DNA of 12,398 nt, taken from contig CAZKED010000029.1 of the NCBI GenBank assembly GCA_964551725.1, positions 1-12,398 on the forward strand, in the 5' to 3' direction. The notes beneath the pieces are model-generated. The model ran no database searches. It was not told the DNA's origin and worked only from the letters and a program-made list of their open reading frames with translations. A program made the translations under genes and the position numbers. Origin of the DNA: an uncultured archaeon (GTDB lineage: Archaea > Iainarchaeota > Iainarchaeia > Iainarchaeales > DTGL01). This document shows, piece after piece, positions 5,802 to 12,398 of the stretch (its first letter is position 1; every line of letters begins with the position of its first letter).

Positions 5802-7094
5802 CTACGGGTAGGTCCTGTTAATAGTGCGCGGGAAGGGCACTACATCGCGAATGTGTCCCGCCTTACAGTACCACGCTGTAAGCCTCTCCAGTCCGAGCCC
5901 GAAGCCCGCATGCGGAACCGAACCATACTTCCTCAAATCAATATACCATTGGTAGGGCTTGGGGTCAATGCCGTCTTCCTTCATACGCTGGATGAGAACT
6001 TCGGCTTTCCATGTGCGCTCTCCGCCGCCGATTATTTCGCCGTATCCCTCCGGCGCGAGCAAATCGTTGCAGAGTATTTCCTCCGGATTGTTTGGGTCGG
6101 GGCGGTGGTAAAACGGCTTGAGCGAGCGGGGGAAATTGGTTACGAACAGCGGCACATCAAAGTTCCTGGTGAGTTCCCTTTCCTCTTTTTCCCCGAAATC
6201 GCTTCCTTTTTTCAGGTGCGGGAATTTTTTCCTCGCGAGTTCTAACACTTCGTCGTACTTCATTCTCTTGAACTTTTTCTCCGCAGCGGGCTTCAGTGTT
6301 TTCGGATCTCTGCCAAGGGCGAGCAGTTCTTTTTTGCTTTCTTTCATTACCCGCTTGGTGATAAACCTTATCATTTCCTCCTCGAAGTCCATTATTCCTT
6401 CGAGGTCTGTCCACGGCAGTTCCACCTCGGCGTGCCAGAATTCCGTGAGATGCCTCGTGGTCTTCGATTTTTCCGCGCGGAAGCTTGGCGCGATTGTATA
6501 AACGTTTCCCAGCGAATACATCAGCACTTCCAGGTAAAACTGGGAGCTCTGGGTGAGGTACACTGTTTTCCCAAAATACGGCACCTTGAACAATGTGAGA
6601 GCGCCTTCAACCATTCCCGTTACAAACATTGGTCCGCTTGCTTCAGTGCAGTGTTTTTTTTCCATGAAATCACGGAAAGCACCGAAGACTGTTGCTCTGA
6701 CCTTGAGAGCGTCGCGCATTTTTGCGCTGCGGAGCCACAAGTGCCTTACATCCATCAGGAATTCGGTGCTCAGGTCTTTTTGTATTGGAAAAACTTCAGC
6801 CAGGTCAACTATTTCGAATTTTTTTATTTGCAGTTCCACTCCGCCCGGTGCCCTGCTGTCTTTGTGTAATGCTCCGGACAATTCAACGCTTGACTCGATT
6901 GTCGAGCGGGAGCATTCCAGGAACAGTTCCCTGCCCGCTTTCGCGGAATCGCAAACGCATTGTATTTCCGCGGTTTCGTCCCTGAGGAGGATGAATGTCT
7001 TTCCCTTGAGGTCGCGCTTTCTTTTAATCCAGCCGCGCAGCTGCACTGTGCCGGAGCCTTTTTCAAACGCCCTCTCGATTTTTGTAAATTTCAA
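5802..7094 (-). CDS. asnS: Asparagine--tRNA ligase (class IIb, archaeal type, 430 aa)
   Basis: N-terminal OB-fold (LRGW…FILLRD…RAPGGVEL), YLTQSSQFYLE, motif 2 FRAEKSKTTRHLTEFW, DLLAPEGYGEIIGG, WYIDLRKYGSVPHAGFGLGLER, PFPR. TTG start after GTGG. Confidence 0.95.
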   Translation of the reverse strand: MKFTKIERAFEKGSGTVQLRGWIKRKRDLKGKTFILLRDETAEIQCVCDSAKAGRELFLECSRSTIESSVELSGALHKDSRAPGGVELQIKKFEIVDLAEVFPIQKDLSTEFLMDVRHLWLRSAKMRDALKVRATVFGAFRDFMEKKHCTEASGPMFVTGMVEGALTLFKVPYFGKTVYLTQSSQFYLEVLMYSLGNVYTIAPSFRAEKSKTTRHLTEFWHAEVELPWTDLEGIMDFEEEMIRFITKRVMKESKKELLALGRDPKTLKPAAEKKFKRMKYDEVLELARKKFPHLKKGSDFGEKEERELTRNFDVPLFVTNFPRSLKPFYHRPDPNNPEEILCNDLLAPEGYGEIIGGGERTWKAEVLIQRMKEDGIDPKPYQWYIDLRKYGSVPHAGFGLGLERLTAWYCKAGHIRDVVPFPRTINRTYP

Positions 7095-7124
7095 TCAAAC
7101 CACTTAACACTTTTACACAGGTAA

Positions 7125-7141
7125 TAAATAAAACGCTTTTT
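7125..7141 (-). promoter_or_regulatory. Possible internal BRE-TATA promoter for asnS
   Basis: - strand AAAAAGCG-TTTTATTTA about 30 nt upstream of the asnS start, in a 64-nt AT-rich spacer. Confidence 0.45.
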
Positions 7142-7158
7142 ATGTGCCTTTTCCGCGG

Positions 7159-8175
7159 CTAGGGCGAGTGAACTCCCGGAACCTTGGGGAACGCTGCTGC
7201 CTGCCACACTTTCTCCAAACCGCAGAGATAGCGCGTGAAACGCTCTATTCCGAGACCAAAGCCCGCTGACGGGGGAATTCCCGAGCGGAGCATTTCAAAG
7301 TACCAGCCGTATTCCTTTGGGTTTACGCCGGCGCGGAGCATTCCTTCCCTGGCGCCTGCCGGCCTGTGCTCCCGCTCGCTTCCGGAAATTGCCTCGCCGA
7401 AGCCCTCTGGGTACATGAGGTCAAAATCCACGAGGACTTTGGAATCATTATCCGAAACCCTGTCATAGAAGCCGCGGGAGCCCTTTGGATAATCAATTAC
7501 CCAGAAGAAATCCCTTATGCTTTCCGAAAGGACTTTCTCCGCCTCCCACGGAATTTCTTTGTCGGCTGAAACGCCGAAGCCCTCGCTCTTAAGAATTTCA
7601 ACCGCTTTGCTGTGGGGCAATTTCCTGAAAGGCGGCTTAGGCACGCGCAAATCCCTTCCGAGCACGGAGAGCTCCGCCTCGCATTCCTCTTTCACCGTTT
7701 TCACCGCGCCTGCTATCATTTCCTCGGCGAGGCGCATTATTTCGGCGCGGGAAAATCTCGCGGCTTCAACATCCAACTGCGTGAATTCCGCGAGATGCCT
7801 GCCGGTTTCCGCCGCGTCCGGCGGCTCCAGGCGGACGTTCGGGGAAAAGGAGAAAATTTTCTTTATTGCGGTTAAAGCCATTTGCTTGTGCAGTATCATG
7901 GAGGTCATTAACTTGTATTCCTTTCCGTAGAATCGCGTTGTTGCAGCAAGCGCTCCCCTTATTCCGGGGTCGGTGCACGTGGAAAGAATCGGTGCGCGCA
8001 ATTCCACAAAGCCCCTATCTCGCAGGAATTTGCCCATTGCAAAGCAGGCAGCGGACTGCACTCTCAGCATGGGCTCGGTAAGGGGGTGCCTGAATGAAAG
8101 GTGCCTTTTGCGCACCATTTCAAGGGAAGAAAAAGGAGCAACGCTTTTGCTTTTCCGGAGTTCAATAAAAACCAC
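7159..8175 (-). CDS. asnA: Archaeal asparagine synthetase A (aspartate-ammonia ligase; AsnRS-like catalytic domain without anticodon-binding domain)
   Basis: Class IIb catalytic core only: TDPG, LMTSMILHKQ (diagnostic of archaeal AsnA), SPNVRLE…TGRHLAEFTQLDVE, FDLMYPEGFGEAISGSERE, PSAGFGLGIER. No OB-fold. Start uncertain (GTG 8175, ATT 8166 or ATG 8118). Confidence 0.9.
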   Translation of the reverse strand: MVFIELRKSKSVAPFSSLEMVRKRHLSFRHPLTEPMLRVQSAACFAMGKFLRDRGFVELRAPILSTCTDPGIRGALAATTRFYGKEYKLMTSMILHKQMALTAIKKIFSFSPNVRLEPPDAAETGRHLAEFTQLDVEAARFSRAEIMRLAEEMIAGAVKTVKEECEAELSVLGRDLRVPKPPFRKLPHSKAVEILKSEGFGVSADKEIPWEAEKVLSESIRDFFWVIDYPKGSRGFYDRVSDNDSKVLVDFDLMYPEGFGEAISGSEREHRPAGAREGMLRAGVNPKEYGWYFEMLRSGIPPSAGFGLGIERFTRYLCGLEKVWQAAAFPKVPGVHSP

Positions 8176-8210
8176 CCCCGAACTCTTTCGCGGATAGAAA
8201 ATAGCGCAGT

Positions 8211-8294
8211 GAAAGTATAAAAGCTTTATTCCAAAAAAATGAGAAATATTACAAAAAATAGCAAAATATATATTCTTTTTGGAACACATGTTTC
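8211..8294. promoter_or_regulatory. Divergent asnA / Lrp promoter region with phased A-tracts
   Basis: - strand AAAGC-TTTTATAC (8215-8227). + strand TATATAT (8267-8273) about 25 nt before ATG 8298. A-tracts begin at 8233, 8244, 8253 and 8263. Confidence 0.6.
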
Positions 8295-8297
8295 AAC

Positions 8298-8750
8298 ATG
8301 GATTCTAAGGACGAACGGATTCTCCAAGCCCTCAGGGGGGATGCCTCTGCCTCCAAGAGAAAAATCGCGAAAAAAACGGGCATTCCCCTTACAACAGTGT
8401 TCCATAGAATCCAGGGAATGGAAAAAGGCGGCGTAATCAGGAAATACACCGTCGACCTCGACTTCGGCAAAATGGGTTATCTCCTTTGTGCCTTCGTTTT
8501 TGCCTCAGTAAAGCAGAATCCCGCCGAAGTCGAATCCATTTCCCAGCAGGACATTGCAGAGGAAATACTGAAAAAGTTCGCGAGCGTTGAAAGCGTTTCA
8601 ATTGTAACCGGGGAAATCGATTTGATAATAAAGGCAAGGTTTAAGTCAGTACCTGAACTGAACAGGTTCATCACAAAAGGGCTCAGAAACATTCCGGGCA
8701 TTGACAAGACCGTTACCTCAATCGTCCTGGAGGAAATTTCAGAGACTTAA
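8298..8750 (+). CDS. Lrp/AsnC family transcriptional regulator (150 aa)
   Basis: MDSKDERILQALRGDA…IAKKTGIPLTTVFHRIQGMEKGGVIRKYT HTH, and a C-terminal RAM domain with VTGEIDL and IPGIDKTVTSIVL. Confidence 0.93.
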   Translation: MDSKDERILQALRGDASASKRKIAKKTGIPLTTVFHRIQGMEKGGVIRKYTVDLDFGKMGYLLCAFVFASVKQNPAEVESISQQDIAEEILKKFASVESVSIVTGEIDLIIKARFKSVPELNRFITKGLRNIPGIDKTVTSIVLEEISET

Positions 8751-9518
8751 AACTTTTTCCAGCTCGTTGTGAGCGTTACCGTTGCTTGCAATGAACACTT
8801 TTTCCCCAATGCGCCACTCTTTTCCCCTGCCATTAGTGGCTTTGCCGCCGGCTTCCCTCACGAGCACTGCACCTGCGGCTGCATCCCAGGGATTGATGTT
8901 GTAGTTTATGAACGCGTCAAACTTGCCGGAGGCAATGTACGCAAGCTCCAACTCCGAAGCACCAAACATTCTGACAGAGCGCACTGTACGATACACCCTG
9001 GCAAACCTTTCCTGCTTTATGCGCCAGGATTCCTGCTTTTTGAGCCCTGAGCGCAGGGGCAGAACACAGACGAACTCGTGCAGTTTGCTGCGCCCGGACA
9101 CGGAAATTTTTTTGCCGTTGCGCGTTGCACCCTTTCCCTTCTCCGCAACAAAGAGGTCATTGCGCAGTGGGTCGAATACAACGCCGAGCACCGGTTCTTT
9201 CTCCAGCGAGAGCGCAATGGAAACGCAGAAGAAGGGCAATCCGACAGAATAATTGTTCGTCCCGTCCAAGGGATCCACCAGCCACGTGAATTCATTGCTT
9301 CCCTTGTAAGAGCCGGATTCCTCCGCGAGAATGCTGTGCTCCGGAAATTTTTTGCGGAGAATGTTGAGTATTTCTTTTTCCGCGAGAAGGTCCGCTTCCG
9401 TCACATAATCGTAAATGCTGGATTTGGTGCGTATGTCCTGCAGTTTTTCGAATTTTTCCATCGCGATTTTTCCCGCTTTTTTCGCGGCAGTTATTGCCGC
9501 ATTCCTTTCTTTTTTCAA
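8739..9518 (-). CDS. suhB: Inositol monophosphatase family protein (SuhB / IMPase-FBPase, 259 aa)
   Basis: DYVTEAD, ILAEE, WLVDPLDGTNNY, RMFGAS, PWDAAAG…REAGG. TTG start overlaps the upstream TGA (TTGA, 9515-9518). Confidence 0.92.
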   Translation of the reverse strand: MKKERNAAITAAKKAGKIAMEKFEKLQDIRTKSSIYDYVTEADLLAEKEILNILRKKFPEHSILAEESGSYKGSNEFTWLVDPLDGTNNYSVGLPFFCVSIALSLEKEPVLGVVFDPLRNDLFVAEKGKGATRNGKKISVSGRSKLHEFVCVLPLRSGLKKQESWRIKQERFARVYRTVRSVRMFGASELELAYIASGKFDAFINYNINPWDAAAGAVLVREAGGKATNGRGKEWRIGEKVFIASNGNAHNELEKVLSL

Positions 9519-10267
9519 ATTTCCACTTCCAGCATGTCCCGGGCGAGCACCACTTCGCCCTTAAACTCTTTCCGTATCTCCGCGGCAATGTCCGTGCTTT
9601 CAACCATGGGATAGAAATGGGTGAGGAGCAATTTTTTTGGCTTGGCGCGCTTGGCAACCAGAGCGCATTCTTTCGGCGTCAAATGCTCGAAGCCCTGCAT
9701 TTCATTGGGCAGAGAGCATTCCAGTACGAGCAAGTCCGCATCCTTTGAAACGCTGACTATTTCCTCGCAGTAGCACGTGTCACCCGAAAAAACCACGCTC
9801 TTTCCTTCGCACTCTATTCTGTAAGCGAGTGCGGGCACGGCATGCCTCACGGGCCTGCTCTTCACGCTGAAGCCGAACAGTTCGAATTTTGAAACTTCCA
9901 TTTCGCGTATTTTCACCGCGAAATCCAACCTTTCAATAAAGGGGAATGCCTTCACCAGATGAGAGTAGAATTCTTTTATGCCGCGCGGACCGAAAAGGTT
10001 GAACTGCCTCTTCTCAGTGCCCTGCCTGAAAATCTTGGAGTGCTTCTTGTAAGCAAGCAGTGAAACCAAATCAAGCGAATGGTCGGGGTGAGCGTGCGTC
10101 AGCAGCAGCGTGAATATTTCCAGCGGGTTCCCAACCTGTTGCAACCGGCGCAGGTTTCCGGGACCGAAATCGATGAGCATTTTTGCGTCCGCGCTTTCAA
10201 GCAGGAATGCTGCGCAATTTCTTTCCTTTGAAAGAATTGAGCCGGAGCCCAGCACGGTCAGCTTCAT
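9515..10267 (-). CDS. Metallo-beta-lactamase-fold hydrolase, RNase Z/BN-like (250 aa)
   Basis: MKLTVLGSG, LIDFGPG, THAHPDH (HxHxDH), VRH, FSGDT, LVLEC, HLT, LLLTHFYP. No obvious flexible-arm insertion. Confidence 0.85.
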   Translation of the reverse strand: MKLTVLGSGSILSKERNCAAFLLESADAKMLIDFGPGNLRRLQQVGNPLEIFTLLLTHAHPDHSLDLVSLLAYKKHSKIFRQGTEKRQFNLFGPRGIKEFYSHLVKAFPFIERLDFAVKIREMEVSKFELFGFSVKSRPVRHAVPALAYRIECEGKSVVFSGDTCYCEEIVSVSKDADLLVLECSLPNEMQGFEHLTPKECALVAKRAKPKKLLLTHFYPMVESTDIAAEIRKEFKGEVVLARDMLEVEI

Positions 10268-10276
10268 TTAATTCCC

Positions 10277-11590
10277 TCAGGGGGCAATCCTGTCCGGGTC
10301 TCTGGGCAAAAGAATCACTTCCCTTATGTTCTCAATGTCCAGCAGGCCCTGCACCATCCTGTCAAGACCCAGGCCGGTGCCGCCGTGCGGTGGGCAGCCG
10401 TACTTGAATATTTCAGCGTATTCTTTCATGTCCCTGTCCAGGTCAATGCCGGCATCCTTTGCCTGCCGCTTTAGTACTTCATGCCTGTGCTCGCGCTGCG
10501 AGCCGGTTGCCACTTCCACACCATTCCACAATAGGTCAAAGCTCATGGAAATGTTTGGCTCATTGGCAGGCTTCATGTGGTAAAAAGGTCTTATTGCAAA
10601 AGGATAGCGGTAAACGAAAACGAATTCTGATTTCCACCCTTTCTTTATTATTTCGGCGAGCGCGCCCTGGGTTTCGAGGTTGAGGTCTTCCTCCGCGCCG
10701 AGCTTGAATCCTTTTTCTTTTGCCAGCATTTCCTTGGCTTCTTTCATTGTAACGCGGGGAATCTTTTTTGGGAACGCCAGCCGGCGTTCCAGTATCGTGA
10801 GTTCCTCTTTACATTCCTCGTTCAAGCGCTTGAAAATGTGTCTGAACAACCCTTCCACAGTATCCATTACGTCGTGCTCGTCCCTTATGAACCCCTGCTC
10901 GAAGTCAATTCCCGTGAATTCCGTCAGGTGCGCCGAAGTCCTGGACTTTTCCGCACGGTAAACGGGCGCGATTTCGTACACGCGCTCGAGGCCTGCGGCA
11001 ACGAACATCTGCTTGTAGACCTGCGGGCTCTGCGCAAGATATGCCTTTCTGTCGAAGTATTTTACCTCGAACAATTCCGCGCCTGTTTCAACACCTATTG
11101 TCGTGAGCTTTGGGGTATTGATGTTTATGAAACCCGCTGAATCAAAGTATTCCACTGCGTATTTTAGCACTTTTCCGCGGATTGTGAAAATCGCAACGCT
11201 TTTCCTGTTCCGCAGGTCCAAGAACCTGTGGTCCAGGCGCGAGCTAAGGTCGGATTCAATTTTTCCGCTTATGTCCAATGGAACAGGAGCATCCGCCTTT
11301 GAGATTATTTCGATTTCTGAGGGGATTATTTCCACTCCCATCTGCGCCTTCTCGGATTTTTGGACCTTGCCCTTAACGTAAAGCACTGATTCCTTTGAAA
11401 TTTCGTCAAATGAATTAAAAAGCTCCTTGCTCACGCTTTTTTTGGGCAGGGTTGCCTGCACTTTGCCAGTGCGGTCTTTCAGTATTATAAATTTCAGCCC
11501 GCCGAAATTCCTCAGATCGTGGGCCCAGCCCTGAACGAATGCATTTTTGCCCTTCATTTTTGGCGTGTCCTTGGCATAAGTCCTTTCCAT
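10277..11590 (-). CDS. aspS: Aspartate--tRNA ligase, archaeal/eukaryal type (437 aa)
   Basis: OB-fold (GWAHDLRNFGG), RLDHRFLDLR, AYLAQSPQVYKQ (Asp-specific QSPQ.YKQ), motif 2 YRAE…HLTEF, RPFY, QREH, YGCPPHGGTGLGLDR, PRD. GGAGG RBS. Confidence 0.95.
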   Translation of the reverse strand: MERTYAKDTPKMKGKNAFVQGWAHDLRNFGGLKFIILKDRTGKVQATLPKKSVSKELFNSFDEISKESVLYVKGKVQKSEKAQMGVEIIPSEIEIISKADAPVPLDISGKIESDLSSRLDHRFLDLRNRKSVAIFTIRGKVLKYAVEYFDSAGFININTPKLTTIGVETGAELFEVKYFDRKAYLAQSPQVYKQMFVAAGLERVYEIAPVYRAEKSRTSAHLTEFTGIDFEQGFIRDEHDVMDTVEGLFRHIFKRLNEECKEELTILERRLAFPKKIPRVTMKEAKEMLAKEKGFKLGAEEDLNLETQGALAEIIKKGWKSEFVFVYRYPFAIRPFYHMKPANEPNISMSFDLLWNGVEVATGSQREHRHEVLKRQAKDAGIDLDRDMKEYAEIFKYGCPPHGGTGLGLDRMVQGLLDIENIREVILLPRDPDRIAP

Positions 11591-11612
11591 TAAAGCCCTC
11601 CTTAAAAAGCCC

Positions 11613-12311
11613 CTATTCTTTGTAATAACAACAGTTTTTATTTATTGGGCATTTACCGCACTGCGGCTTCTTTGTGCAAAAGTTTTTGCCCAGTTCCACG
11701 AGCAGTGCGTGGAATTCGCCGTATTTTGGAACCGAGCGCGGCATTCCCTCCCAGAAGAATTGCTGCAGTTCCGCATAAGAGCGGAACTCTTTCCCGAACA
11801 CGCGCTCGGCAATCCTTTTAGTGTAAGCGTCCACTACAAACACTGGCCTGCCCGCTGCGTAAAGCATAATGCTGTCCGCTGTTTCCTCGCCGATGCCGTG
11901 CAGGGAAAGAAGTTCCTGGCGGAGTTGCGCGGCGGGCTTTGAGAGCATTTTTTCAAGGTTTCCGGCGTACTCTTTCCGCACATGGGCTGCGAACCTTTTA
12001 ATGCGCAGGGATTTCTGGTTGAAGTAGCCGCTCGGCTTAATCAGAGAGGCGAGTCTTTTCCCGGGCGTGGAGGAAATTCCTTGAACTGAGAGAATTCCGG
12101 CATTGAGCAGATTCTCAATTGCCCTTTCTGCGTTCTTCCACGCAGTGTTCTGCGTCAGGATGGCGCCGACGCACACTTCAAATTTCTGCCGCGCGGAAAG
12201 CCTGCTGCGTCTTTTGTAAGACGGCTTTTTTTCCCCGCGCTCTGTGACAGGCCACCAGTGCCGGGGACCAAATTCCCTGGCAAGCATTCTATAAAGCGAG
12301 GGTGTTTCCAT
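11613..12311 (-). CDS. Endonuclease III-related HhH-GPD DNA glycosylase with C-terminal [4Fe-4S] motif (232 aa)
   Basis: HWWP, GAILTQNTAW, IKPSGYFNQK, HhH LLSLHGIGEETADSI, VFVVDAY, FHAL, and C-x5-C-x2-C-x5-C. Confidence 0.9.
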   Translation of the reverse strand: METPSLYRMLAREFGPRHWWPVTERGEKKPSYKRRSRLSARQKFEVCVGAILTQNTAWKNAERAIENLLNAGILSVQGISSTPGKRLASLIKPSGYFNQKSLRIKRFAAHVRKEYAGNLEKMLSKPAAQLRQELLSLHGIGEETADSIMLYAAGRPVFVVDAYTKRIAERVFGKEFRSYAELQQFFWEGMPRSVPKYGEFHALLVELGKNFCTKKPQCGKCPINKNCCYYKE

Positions 12312-12398
12312 GCAAAATAACTTCCAGCAGAAATCCTTTTAGTTCTGCCTGCAGAAAAGCTGCCCAATAGAAGAACACTGCGTGGAAGAACGCAGAAA

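Noticed and set aside
6118-7107. Long + strand ORFs opposite asnS (similar ones lie opposite asnA, suhB and aspS)
   Set aside because: Antisense shadows of highly conserved genes, with no independent coding signal.
7159-8175. Reading the second AsnRS-like gene as a truncated asnS pseudogene
   Set aside because: The frame is intact with complete catalytic motifs and the SMILHKQ signature of archaeal AsnA.
8176-8289. N-terminal extension of asnA to ATG 8289
   Set aside because: It spans the AT-rich divergent promoter region and lies upstream of the asnA TATA box.
12327-12398. Short hairpins and recurring GCAGAAA upstream of the glycosylase gene
   Set aside because: Stems are only 4-6 bp and the context is cut by the window edge; not distinguishable from chance.

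Overview
Archaeal chromosomal segment. This is supported by TATA/BRE promoters, GGTGA/GGAGG ribosome-binding sites, archaeal-type AspRS, AsnRS and AsnA, and a tRNA intron with a bulge-helix-bulge-type motif. The compact, Lys-rich genes suggest a DPANN lineage, but that is inference only. The window holds two tRNA genes (tRNA-Gln(UUG) on -, intron-containing tRNA-Ile(GAU) on +) and about 15 CDSs. The core is an Asp/Asn module: an Lrp/AsnC regulator divergent from archaeal asparagine synthetase A (an AsnRS paralogue lacking the anticodon domain), followed by asnS and yjbQ. Converging on the regulator is an operon of EndoIII-related glycosylase, aspS, RNase Z-like MBL hydrolase and inositol monophosphatase. 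The left half carries a DEDD-like exonuclease, a membrane-anchored ArsR-type regulator, a very basic tandem-wHTH orphan, an HD hydrolase, a HAD hydrolase, and a membrane protein plus double-wHTH pair. That pair is preceded by a structured intergenic element (candidate sRNA or attenuator with an anti-Shine-Dalgarno loop). No CRISPR array, integrase or transposase was seen.
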